Shown here piece by piece: positions 1 through 11,531 of a DNA stretch of 64,000 nucleotides. The number at the start of each line of letters is the position of its first letter. The stretch's first letter is position 1. Made by a program: the position numbers and the translations under genes. The notes beneath the pieces were generated by a model. The model was not told the origin of the DNA and made no database searches. It saw only the letters and a list, made by a program, of their open reading frames with translations. Where the stretch lies: contig AP026180.1 in NCBI GenBank assembly GCA_030295235.1, forward strand, positions 1 through 64,000. Reading direction: 5' to 3'. This stretch comes from Fistulifera solaris. Taxonomy: Eukaryota.

Positions 1-1
1 T

Positions 2-1609
2 TCGCTAAGGCTTACGCATCTTCTTCATGAAGAACGACTCGAAGAAGGAGCATGGGATGTCTTTGGGAGCGAGGAGGATGATTCGAGTCACTCTACTACG
101 AACGACGATCGGAACGATTCTTCGGCCGTCTTGTTGCAACAGCTCACGCAAATATGGATGTTACAAAATGCGGGAGTTCGTTTGTCGGAACGGATTGTCG
201 GGTTGCATGGGGACGAATCAGCCATGTGGAACACAGCATTAGCAGAACGAGAAATACAAGCCGAGCAAGTTGACCATGCTACTCCGAAGCCGTTCCGCCA
301 ACCGTCGTATGATGCTGTGATACTGTGTCTCGCACCGGATCAAAATTCAGACGAAATTCATTCGCTCTTGAAAAATTTTCGACGAATGGTACGGATGGTA
401 GTTCCGGGAGGCATCATCATTCTTCCCTCAAACATTCGACAGGCAATCATCGAATCGAGCAAAGAAGACTGGATGTACAGCGAGCTCACATCACTGCAAC
501 AAAACAATGATCCTACAGACTCGAGTGGATGGGGACTCGTACAGCGGCGATTTTGTTCAATACAATGGAAAACGTGTCGTTGGTTACCTTCCCATTACGA
601 TCTCGAAGCGGAATACGAACGAGCTCGTCAGGCTACGGTAACTTTGTCCATGAGTGAGCACAACCAGCGCAAGCTAACAACACAATCCATCCAGCGCGCC
701 ATCAAAGCTTTACAACAATTTGGTTATTGCATTCTATCGGGTGGATTGATTCATCCGGAACAATCGAAACTCTATGGTCAAGCCGTATTGTCGGATCTGC
801 AACAAGTAGCGGATATTTTACGGCAAGAAAATGGATTGCAGCTCTTTGAATCGGGTGCTATCTCGGAAGAAGCAGCTGTGTATCGAGAAATCTCACAGAG
901 AGAACATTTTCGTGTCGACATTCGACATGGTCCTGCGATGGAGAAGCTTCGAGGTCCTTCCGGCAATGTCTCTCGTACGATGACGGCGTTGGAGAACGAA
1001 ACAAATGATTTTTGCGCGGGAATGCGGATTTGTTGGAAATTATACGCCGTGTTATGAATCCGGTCAATAAAACCTTGTCACCAGGAAATTTCGGACGGTA
1101 CAATTTTGAAGGACGAGGTCCCGATGGTAGCTTTCAGGATGTTCGCATGGGGCCCGTGGGTGCGATCGTTACTTGGCCCGGCGCCACGGATCAAGCCTTA
1201 CACGCCGATACACCGCATCTGTTTGAGCACATGGCGGCACTTCCGGCGCATTACATCAACGTGTTTACACCAGGGTCGATGATCGTGAACGAAGACGATG
1301 CACACAAAGTGGGTCAAACGGCCTTTTGCATCAAAGTCATAAACTGGATGTGACTGCCAAGTACGAAGGCAGTTCACTCTATTCGTCTTTCGGCACTGCC
1401 GAGATGTGGCGGAAGCATTTGGTTCGTCCTCAATTGAACATTGGCGATGTTGTTCTTTTGATTGTCGCATACTGCATTTTGGACTTCCCAACGAGTCCGA
1501 ACACAATACTTTCCGACCGTTGCTGTACACCAACGTGACGATGCATTGGTTTCATGATCCGAAGAATTGGGACAATGAGAAGCGGATATTCGGCTGCAAT
1601 GAAAGCTAG
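2..1609 (+). CDS. 2OG-Fe(II) dioxygenase, phytanoyl-CoA dioxygenase (PhyH)-like; 5' end runs off the window; frameshifted
   Basis: Frame is open from nt 2. Consecutive ORFs 131..1057, 1012..1353, 1326..1538 and 1406..1609 join into one protein with FGYCIL, the HxD motif in DQALHADTPHLF, and GDVV..DCRILHFG with the distal His. Confidence 0.7.
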
Positions 1610-2403
1610 CGATAAAACTTCAGCTAGAATCGGTTGTTTCGGCCACTTCTTTTGTTTGTTGTATCGAAAGGCATTCCATTGTGACACCATTAGATCCAGT
1701 GGCTTCATCAGCGCCGTGTGTATTTCATTGTTCTGTTCTAAAGCCGCGAGAACCCTCGAAATGGCTTCTGCGGTACAAAATTGATCATCGGCTCTCGCTT
1801 TACGAATGTCAAAGCGTCGCGGATGAAAGGATTCTTCTTCCAAGTCATCTAAATCGATACTGATCCGCACGATATCTTTGGGATACTGATTTCGTTCTTG
1901 TAACGTACGATCCATCTCACAAGCGTATTGCCACGTTGCATCTAAAAATACTACCGTCACAAACACGTTTTGCTTCTCTTCCTCCAGTTTCTTGAGTCGC
2001 TGCAACGCCGTCGATAGCGAAATGGCCTGTGGACCCAGAAAGACTAACCACGTCTGATGGTACGCCTGCGGATGCTTGGAACGGCATTGCGCCTCCAGAA
2101 TTTGGGAAAGGGCATTCCCGAGGCCACATCAAAACGACGACCGATCACCACTGTCAAATGATCGGGATCGATCGAATGTTGTACGATGGGCAAACTACGG
2201 TTTTTACGACGGAGCTCGTGGGGATGTTGCAATACGAGACAGTGGGAACGATGCAATTGCAGTGCTGGATGGGGCAATGCGGGGCAATAACAGGTCGAAG
2301 GTGTCGGCCGTTCACATTGAGGACAAATGGCCCGCGGTGTTCGAAATGAATAAGTCTCTGTTTCATCATTCTTCTGCCACAACCAATCGTCAAGATGATT
2401 CAT
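1430..2403 (-). CDS. DTW-domain tRNA-uridine aminocarboxypropyltransferase (DTWD2/TapT-like); frameshifted; true stop may lie nearer 1600
   Basis: N-terminal CPQCERP..CYC, LQHPHE, the DxTW motif (FLDATWQYA) and CTAEAI, spread over ORFs 2044..2403 and 1430..2005. Confidence 0.85.
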
Positions 2404-2689
2404 CTTGTTGCGATAGTCGCTGATCCTTGTAGTAATAAAGGTTCAATCTGTCAATTTTTACATGCCGACAAATAATACCTTTGCCGCGAAATAATACGGA
2501 GTAATAAAGCAGTGAGGGTGTTTCGTGACTGAAACCAGTCAAGGGAATATAGGAGACTATTACGAACTTATTTGGCAAACGTTTTCCTATAATTTGCCGG
2601 TTACGGCCTTATATGTTATCGAATTCAGATTACTTCATTCCCTTTATCTCATTGTGGTCAATTTTAGATTAAATAAGGTCGATTTCGAT

Positions 2690-3508
2690 CTAGTTCATAG
2701 TACAATCATCTACCAACAATCCCCACGCCTTGGAATCGAATTGCGTCAAATCGGTCAAAATTTCATCGGCAATTCCCACGAATGGACTCGTATCGGGCAT
2801 TCGTACATCGGGAACCGCCACCACCCAACAACCGGCGGCTTTTCCGGCTTTGGCACCCGCCACCGAATCTTCAAAGACCAAACAATGCTGTGGCTCCACC
2901 TGCAACAAGGCCGCTGCTCGTAAGTATATTTCGGGATGTGGTTTGGCGTTTTGAATCATATCGCCCGTAACGATGTGTTGCATGTGACGGAAGATTCTCG
3001 AGTGGTGTTTTCGTTTTTCTTGGACCGATTTCTGGCGCGACGAAGTCGCCAAACACATGGGAATGTGGTGTGCCGCCAGTTGTTCGACCAATGCGGTCGC
3101 ACCGTGGCATTCCTGAATTTGATCGGACATGGCATGGAGTATCGATTCCTGTTGCTCCCAGAATACTTGCCACGGAGGTAATGGTTGATTCAGTTCGAAA
3201 TGTTGTTGTGCATAATCGAGGATCATGGGAACCCAGGCGTCCCCGCGAAGACCGAGTGTTGGTTCTTTGATATCCCAGGGAAGACGATCTCCAAGTTGTT
3301 CGCGTAGTTTGGGGCCAAGTTGAAGTGCTTCGAAAATGGAGATGTCGCTCAGCGTTTCCGTATCCAGCAGAGTGCCTGGAAGAATGTTTGCAAAGAAGAC
3401 GATGATTGTGAAAACACGGTAAACTTAGGAACAAACAGAATTCAGCCTACCATCCATATCCCACAATACGGCTTTGATATGACGATGATCAAATGTTGAT
3501 AGAATCAT
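2690..3508 (-). CDS. HAD-superfamily hydrolase, pseudouridine-5'-phosphatase (HDHD1/PUDP)-like
   Basis: ATG at 3508. AVLWDMDG / intron ~3377-3450 / TLLDTE forms HAD motif I; also LATSS, KPHPEIY and CLVFEDS. Confidence 0.85.
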
Positions 3509-3665
3509 AATGGAATATAGAAGTATAGTTTTTCTCCGATCGCACCAACATTTCTGTTTTTGCGCATTTAGTTTTGCTTTTGTTTTTCGAAAAGTGAAGA
3601 TCAAAATAAAAATGTTTCGTCGAAAATCGATGTCAAGTACCGATAAGACGCAGAAACGTTACTTG

Positions 3666-4171
3666 CTACTATAGGATCAATGTGTGCCATCGTGCCATCA
3701 ACATTTCCACGACTGACTTTCAGTCATCAAATCATTGTAGTTTGAGACCGCCATCTATCGAATCACTGTTCGTCGTGCAAGCGCGGAAAGCTTCTTTGTC
3801 TTCTCACGCGGGAAAATTCATTCGGCATCATCTCCATTCAATTCTCGATGGTTGGTCTTGAAAATACTCGCAGTTTGATCTCTGGCCGATTTACTATAGG
3901 CCAAGGTGTTGGTTTACGGTAATCACGACTGCATTCCTCCATGCATCTGATTACGGAGTATTATTTTTCTGAGCCCGGCTGCTAGTGCTACCAATCCGTA
4001 AGCTATGTCATGTGTTTGTCTTTATCAAATAGAAATTGATTCACACTGTCTGCATTCTTTTCTTGAATTGTTGATGTTAGAAAGCCGTACGAACCCTGCT
4101 GCCTAACTGTTTCGGATTTAACTATAGACTAAAATGTAAACGACCTTTTGTCACGACTGCACTCAGTCACG
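3666..4171 (-). repeat. Three copies of a dispersed ~55 bp element (3666-3727, 3889-3943, 4118-4171)
   Basis: Each reads on the minus strand ..CAGTCGTG..ACA....C-TATAGT; tail anchors at 3668, 3893 and 4121. Confidence 0.65.
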
Positions 4172-4349
4172 AGAATGACTGTTATCGCGCGCATCTCTCG
4201 CATCGAAAAAGCACGCGTGCAATAAAGAATGCGACAAAATGCATGGCACACGAAATGGGGAAAGGGATTGACAATACTATTTAAAAAATTATCAAACCGA
4301 TCATTCTTTTTTGTTTCAGTGTCACTCATCCAGCGTTCTGACACCGATC

Positions 4350-6373
4350 ATGGTGATTCGATATCGCAAGTTACGGGCCATCTTATGGACGGCGTTGTGC
4401 TGGCAATGCGTTTCTTCGACTTTAACAAGTAATACTATCCTGCAGAATACGACGCACGTTTCACAAAATGCCGCACGACAAACACTGGCGGAAGTATCCT
4501 TTGCCGAACGCACGAGTGTAGACAATTTACTGGAGAATTATGCAAAGGCGAAAGACAGGTTAACGCAACTACTGCGTCATGATTATGGCAATGAATATTA
4601 TGCGATGATCTTTGAACCAGGATCATCCCGCGGTCGGACGGTCATTCAACCTCCGGGTGGTTTCGATGTCCTTTCGAATTCCTGGGATCGTTTGAAAGCC
4701 CGGATCATGATCAAACTGATTGATGTTCTTCGTTCCCCGACACCCCAACCCTTTGTGTGGGCGACCGGGGTCATTCGTCCGCGGCAGGACACGGGAATTT
4801 TTACGACGAAAGTTATACGGCTGTCTTAACAAGAAATGTGAAACAAATCTTTGAGGCGGTGGGGATGCAATTTATTGGACGGAACTACGCCATGGGTGGT
4901 TCCGATGCGGCACCCGAGGCGGCATGGTGCAATGAAGAAATCTTTGGAACGGATTTGGATGTTCTCGTTTGGGATTATGGGTAAGTTATGGTGACAATAG
5001 AAGTAGGAATGTGTCAATCAACGAATCTCATTTGCAAACAAATACTCTAGAATGACAGATGGTCGAGATGTCAGCAAAATGGCCATGTATTGCTACCGAG
5101 CGGCTTTGAATCCAAGCAAACCCGCCTGTATTGCACTTCATTGCGGTAAACCATCGCAACAACCACGTGCTTCGGCTTTGCGCACACTGGAGCAGTTGGG
5201 AGCCACGGTACTGATATCGAATGAAAATGTTTTGGAACAGTGTATGGACGCGATACCCGAGAGTCAAGGAATCAGTGATTACGAGTTACAAAAATGCCTT
5301 TATATGTTCGACATTTCAAATGTGGTGGATTGGTGGAAAGTGGAGATCCGTATTGCGGCGCGGAAAAGTACAATCACACCGATTGCACGCAACGCAAGTT
5401 TATGGCCAAATGGCATCAAGGATGGTACGTCGATGTCGTGTGCAAGAATTCGAAATGAAGTGATGGACGAATGCAAATATCTAACATTTCTGTAGGAGAT
5501 TCCATGCCTTACATGGCAACTTGATGGCTCTCTTTCTCACGGAACTAGTTGGCGATGCATTGCAGTCTTTGAAAGATAGCACTCAAAGTTTGGAAGACTT
5601 GCAAAAGGACCTGATTCGCGAAGAAAATGAACGCTACGATTTGTTGACTACGTCTCCGCTGCCCACCTATTTTGAAGATATGGTGAAAGATCGCGGTGAT
5701 CTACAGTTAGAACACATTTTCAAATCCCCCAATTTTTGTCACACGGCACGAGTTCCGGCAGAAATTCGACACAAAGGAATACTGACAGGGGGTCCACCGG
5801 GAGATTTGTTTCATTACGACGAGGGTGTTCCAGAGGGCCAAGCACGGAATGTCGAAAATGATTCCGAGTTTATGTGGCTAGTGCAGGACCCCACAACGCG
5901 ACAAAAATGTGACATTCCGCTCAATCTCGACAACAAGGACTACTTTTACGTCAAAGGTATGGATGGAAAGAAAAAGTTGATTCTCCCTAACGACGCCGAA
6001 GTTTCAGAATACGGTAGAGGTCAAACGCCTATAGGGCTTATAGCCATGTGTCTCTCGGTCTGTGATTGGGGCAAGTGTCCAAAAGGTGAGACAATCGGCT
6101 GACTGTTTCGAGAAATTACTATGCGAAGAAATTTGTTGACTGACCAATTCCATTCAGGTGACGTTCAAATAGAACAATATGAACAAAATGAAGGAACCAT
6201 TGAAATCAATGGTCAAAAGGTAACAGGATTTACTAAAATCGGAAGGTGTAGCTTCTTACGGCATGGCGATGGTCACTATTTCACTCCCAATTCCGATTTT
6301 CAAGTTTGAAATCAGTATCAACATTGCGTTACACTATTCGTTTACACGAATAGGAGCCTTCGTCATCTTTTAA
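4350..6373 (+). CDS. Secreted or type II membrane protein with an SGNH/GDSL-like N-terminal block; multi-exon, frameshifted
   Basis: Hydrophobic N-terminus; WATG-GHSSAAGHGN, RNYAMGG and VWDYG; GT-AG introns near 4981, 5425 and 6087; Cys-rich C-terminus. Confidence 0.55.
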
Positions 6374-6413
6374 AGAGTAGTAGCAAATCTCATAACAATT
6401 AACAATTAATTCA

Positions 6414-7859
6414 TCATATCTTGTTATCCATTATATCCTGTCGAAGCTGCGCCATCAGATCGTTCATATATTGTATGTTATGCTGTGTAGCCAGTGTGGT
6501 AGCCAAGGGCTCATTGGCTTTGAACAAATGCCATAAAAGGATCGATCGTACGTTTGACAAGTCCTACAAGAACATTGATCATCGATCTTGACCCCAAAAG
6601 ATCGAGAGTGCTTCCCACTTTTCAAACGAATCGGACCCGTACGAGTCAGAACTGTTCCATGGCGTGCTACTCTCGTTGGATAACAAGAGTCCATCGTGTC
6701 CAAACCGCACGCCACCGCATTGCGTATACTTTCCTCATCTGCTATACCCAGTAGATGCCGTGGCTTTTGTTTGCGTGAACCTTCATCGAACTGGGGCATC
6801 ATCCACTGCAGCAACTCCTTGAGCTCCTTACGACCATCACCTAAAGCACCTCCAATGGCGTAGCCGTCAAACGGCAAGGATGTCAAGTAGTCAATGCTTT
6901 TCGTTCGCAACTCTCGATCCACGCCACCGTGAATCACGCAATACATGGCTTGTTGGTTCACATTCAATAAATGTTCTTGCAAGCTCCGAGCTTCCCATCG
7001 GTGCGTACGATCCACCGACTCGACCAATTTCTGTCGATCGACATAATATCCCGGCAATTCATCCAGTGGAATAATGATATCGGCACCAATTTTCTTTTGG
7101 GCTTGTACCGTGGATTCCGGTGTCAAGAGAAACTTACTCCCATCCCGATAACTACGAAAGCGCACTCCTTCTTCGGTCACTTTCACCGCATCCGCTCCCA
7201 TGGCATCGGGACGATCTTTCCGTTTCCCCGTCCGTTTGAGTTCGCCCTTGGAGGACAATTCTTCAAAGACAGATCCGTGTTGCAATGAGAATACTTGAAA
7301 TCCTCCCGAGTCGGTAATAAAGGGCCGATCGGTCCGTCGCGTGAATTGATGAATCCCACCCGCTTCGGCAATCAAGTCGGCCCCGGGATGCAACATCAAG
7401 TGGTACGTATTGGAAAAAATCAACTGTTGACCAGAATCATCGGCATCGCGAAAGTCCACCCCTTGAGAGCGGCATTGGTCGCGACCGCCACAAATCCCGG
7501 TGTATCAATGATTCCGTGGGGTGTATGAATGCGACCGACCCGGGCGAGGGATTGTGTGGATTCGTGAAGAATTTCAAAGCGGAAAAGGAACGTTCCTCGT
7601 AGGCCCAAGTCGGAAATGTTTCGGGTGATGGTGCTGGAGAAACGACGGGGCGTCTCCGAAATCGATTGGGAGTTGACGAGGAGTCATCGGCGGCGGTACT
7701 TGGTGTTGTTTGAGGGGATTCTAGAGGAGATCCACTGGTGGTCGACCAACGAATGATGGATGTTCGTCGTAGAGTCGATGGCATCCGTAATGGGAACGAA
7801 TTCGAAACGACAAGGAGGAACGCCATGGTGAAACCAAGTATGCGTTGCTTTAGGATCAT
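6414..7859 (-). CDS. tgt: Queuine tRNA-ribosyltransferase (TGT), bacterial/Chlamydia-like, predicted plastid-targeted; frameshifted
   Basis: ARVGRIHTPHG, NTYHL, TDSGGFQVFSL, HLLGI, DS.YPTR.ARHG and the CxCxxC..H zinc site; signal peptide ending SNS-F. Confidence 0.93.
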
Positions 7860-8034
7860 ATTTTCTCAAGTGAGACGACCTATAAATCAATAATGAACCC
7901 AACAACTGTAGTGTGCGCCATGGTTGATTGTACACTCCGTGTATTCTTTTTCGTTCTGTGATTTTTGGTGATGGGTTGGCATCATTCGAGAGATGCTGGA
8001 CGGATGGACGGACTTGCAGACAAAGACACATCAA

Positions 8035-8198
8035 ACAGAATTTCCGTTTCATTCAATAACAATGCCCACAGATTTTCTGGTAGCTAAAAGGTACCTGGTA
8101 CTCATCATACAGAATTTCCGTGTGTCTCAAACCCAGGTACCGTATTATAGAATTTCCGTGTGCCTTATAATGCTTTGCACATACCACAGATTTTCTGT
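8035..8198. repeat. Five spaced copies of AYAGAWTTTCYG between two divergent genes
   Basis: Copies start at 8035, 8068, 8109, 8147 and 8186 (spacing 33, 41, 38, 39 nt). Confidence 0.7.
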
Positions 8199-8319
8199 TG
8201 ACTCAAAGACACATTGCGGATCGCAAAAGAAAAAAGAAAAAATCCATCATCACAATCATCACGACAATAATGAAGCACAAGTTTTTATAACCTCTTTAGA
8301 ATCCACCGCAAACTATGAC

Positions 8320-8361
8320 ATGGATCCGCAACTGTGTAATACAATAATGGAGGAAAATCAG

Positions 8362-8397
<36 letters not shown>

Positions 8398-9536
8398 CCC
8401 AATTCTCCCGCACGCAACGTTTCGGCGGCGGGGGTCGTTCGTGGGGTTTCCCGATCGATTGCTCGATCCATTGCCAAGCCCATTGCGAAAAAATTCCCAA
8501 ACAAGTTCCTAAAATCACCAAACAATTGTTTACCCGGCGAGGACAATTGCGTGTGAAAGGTGTCGCGAAAGTATCGGATCGTCTTTCGACGGGTTGGGAA
8601 GTCTATTCGTCCGTCAAAGCAACGGTGGACGAAGGAAGTGCTCCACAGAAAAAGACCCGTTCGTCGTGGATTCCGGTGTGGAACTCGGTGCGGACGTTTA
8701 CAGCCAGTTGAGTTTGCGTTTACCTATTGTGTGTTCTCGGTCGATAGTGGATTCTTTGGACCTCACATCATTCGCTCCTCATTTAGCTCTCTTACGAAAC
8801 TCCCTCGTCGGTACCGCCGTCTTTGAGACTTATGTGTATGCTATATCGAAAACCGTGACTAATGCTCCTCCGGAATGTGAACGAGACGAGATTGCTACTA
8901 TTCAACAGGATTCAATCAGCGATTCTTCTTCTGCGATCCCACAAAATCTTCACGATTCGATGGACGAGGACGTCGATGACGACGACGACGATGATGAAAC
9001 AGAAATAATCCCTCTGGATGCACCGGATGATTTTTCTCGGGCTTCTATCCGGGTACACGTAGGAGCCGGAGCTCTCGCCGGGGCGTTGGATGGATTGCTT
9101 TCCTCTGTCTGGGAATCCAAATCCCAATCCATGCAATTCTTTTTTCCAAAAAGCACCATCTCTGATTCTACAGCAATCTTTATCACATGCTCTACTGTTT
9201 GGATCGTACGAATGGTGCAAACGAAAACTGATTCATCAACTACATTCATCGCCATGGGGAGAATGGAAAGACTCGGGTTTGTCTCATTTGATGTGTATTG
9301 GTCTGGCCGGTGGTGTGGCGGGACAGTTACAAACTCTAACAAATCATTATGGTGAACAAATCCTAGAACGACAGCCCTCCACCGAACGCTTGTTGCGAAG
9401 CAAGCCATGGTCGGTCCAACTGCGGTTCTTGGTGAGAAAGGTCCATCATCCTTCGATGGGATCCATGATGGCAGCCTTTGTACCCAGCGCCGTGGGCTTT
9501 GTGGCGTTTGAATACGGAAAACGACTGGGATCTTGA
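8320..9536 (+). CDS. Hypothetical membrane protein with mitochondrial-carrier-like helices; frameshifted
   Basis: Poly-Asp tracts plus helices GAGALAG, SHALLFGSYEWCKR, LAGGVAG and FVAFEYGK that resemble SLC25 repeats. The canonical PxD motifs are not clear. Confidence 0.5.
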
Positions 9537-9620
9537 AACGAACAAAGCCGTGACGAAAGTCGAATGGATATGAACTCAACAAGAAATCCAGATTGTGAAT
9601 CATGAAAGAGAAACATACTT

Positions 9621-10309
9621 CTAATAGTTCTTTTCATACCGAAAAAATCGAATCCCTTGCCATTTTCCGTAATTCTGTGTCTTGGTTTTCAAAAATCCCA
9701 TTCTTTCATACAACCGATGTGCGGCGTATTGGACACTGGAACACGTAAGATAGATTTGTCGTTTGGTGGGACCCAGTTCGTGTTCCAGTCTTCGAATCAA
9801 TTGTTTCCCAATCCCTCGTTTTTGTGCCTGTGCCTGTACTGACATGCGTCGCAATTCAAACACTCCATCTTGGGGTGTCGATTCCGCCGCGACCATTCCC
9901 AACAACGTCCCCTCATCTTCCGCCACAAGAAACACTCCCTGGCCTCCAAATCGTTCTTGTAATTGTTCTGGTGACTGCATATCTTCTTTATCTAAAACAT
10001 GCTGCACCCAAGAACGAAATCCCTGAATTGTCAAATAACAACCGACAGCGACCGGCATCGATGCCGCCAGTAATCCGGAACAGAATACCGTCCAGGGGCG
10101 GGAACGTCGCGACACCAGAAACGCAATGGCGGTGGACCACAATAAGGTGGGAACCGCTAATGCCGGTGCTTGTATGGTGGCCAATGCGGCGTCTCCCATT
10201 AAGGATTCCATGCCTTGACGAAATAACGTGCGAACTTGTTCATGATCGGATGGTTGGTAGCGTCGTATGGTGAGGAGGCGATTTTTGATGCAGTAGTAGT
10301 AGAAGGCAT
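9621..10309 (-). CDS. GNAT acetyltransferase, NAT8/Camello-like, with an N-terminal hydrophobic segment
   Basis: IRRYQPSD start, ELRRMSV, the QKRGIG acetyl-CoA motif and AAHRLYERMGF. The probable ATG at 10309 needs a frame correction at an A-run. Confidence 0.85.
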
Positions 10310-10497
10310 GTCGTCTATTAATGAGTTCACGTAAAAAGCGGTTCTTTTGCAAGGATCTCTCGACTATAAGCAAGCTAATTATTGTCAAGTAAGGAACAAT
10401 AAGTTACTTTTCTTTGGAACGAAAAGAATCGACGAGAGAGTTTTTGTGTAAAAAAGCCTTCGAAAACAAACAAATAATGAAACTACTTGGTGTGGTC

Positions 10498-10503
10498 TAT
10501 AAA
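10498..10503 (+). promoter_or_regulatory. TATA-like element about 28 nt upstream of the 5S rRNA gene
   Basis: TATAAA at the position typical of Pol III upstream elements. Confidence 0.45.
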
Positions 10504-10525
10504 CTTTAGAATCTGCTCCTACTTC

Positions 10526-10643
10526 GGGAACGACCATACTACGATGACAGCACCGCTTCCCGTCTGCTCAGCGAAGTTAAGCATCGTCAGGCCCGGTTAG
10601 TACTACGGTGGGGGACCACGTTGGAATCCCGGGTGTTGTTCTT
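10526..10643 (+). rRNA. 5S rRNA, single dispersed copy
   Basis: GGAACGACCATAC...CCCGTCTGCTCAGCGAAGTTAAGC...GGTTAGTACT..GGTGGGGGACCAC..GGAATCC..GTGTTGTTC; helix I ends pair; about 118 nt; ends in a TTTT run (Pol III terminator-like). Confidence 0.96.
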
Positions 10644-11531
10644 TTGCCATGTTGGTAGTAGACGTATTAAAAATGTTTATAAGCTAACTTTTTCATCTTT
10701 CAACGGTCGCGTGCTTAGATTTGACTTGATCACTCACGTCTACTCCGTGACCATGTACCTGGTACTTGGTATTGTTGGCGGCCGGCAACGGCCTTGGACG
10801 CGGGCTCACATGAGTAGAGACATCATGTCTTCTCTTGTGATTAATCGGGCGGTTGGGAGATCCGTCGAAAACTCCTTTTGCTATGTGTGCGTGTCAACTC
10901 TAGGCTCCAAATCGAAGAAGCCGCTTCTCTATCAACCGAATAATCATCATCGCTATCAGACCCATTATTTTCTTCTTATTCACTTGCTCTAAATATCTTT
11001 GTCGCCATCCAAACACCTGACAAACTTATCCATCTTCTTCTACTTCCACCGACGTTTCCTGCGATACGAGCCTAATTTTGCCGGGGTTTCCTGACACAAT
11101 CGAGGCCGATCTTGGAGTTTTGTGAGATAATACGAGGCCCGTGGCTTGATGTAAAACTCAATCTTGCGCATTCTCGCAGACCGATTTTGCCAAGACACTG
11201 AACCTTATCCTGCTGCCACTCTGCGACCTTCCTTATGTAGATGGTTCTATATTTTAATATTCGGGCAAATATTTACGATTTCCGCATCGCTTATGGGGTA
11301 ACCGTGTCCGCGGCGGCCGCGATGAGGTCTCGGCCGGCCGTGCCACGGAAGCGCGCGCACCCTGAGGCGACGTTGGAATCCCGGCGAGTAGTAGTATTTT
11401 TGCTTTTCTTGGAGCGGCGGAACGCAAAAATAACGCAGTCTTGCTTTTTTTTGCATGCACTTCTTTTGAACTCGGACGAAAAAGAGATACATTCCCTCAA
11501 GGTTGCTCATTATTTAATTTATCGTTCTAGA

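Noticed and set aside
1430..7859. Apparent RNA-modification cluster (DTW protein, pseudouridine phosphatase-like HAD, TGT)
   Set aside because: Different pathways and predicted compartments, an unrelated gene in between, and no evidence of co-regulation.
8035..8198. CRISPR-like array
   Set aside because: Repeats are only about 12 nt and degenerate, there are no cas genes, and the context is eukaryotic nuclear DNA.
8362..8397. (GAC)n microsatellites here and near 42791
   Set aside because: They encode poly-Asp tracts inside coding regions.
11161..11220. Possible U4 snRNA start (ATCTTGCGCA)
   Set aside because: The similarity does not continue into the U4 5' stem-loop or U6-pairing regions.
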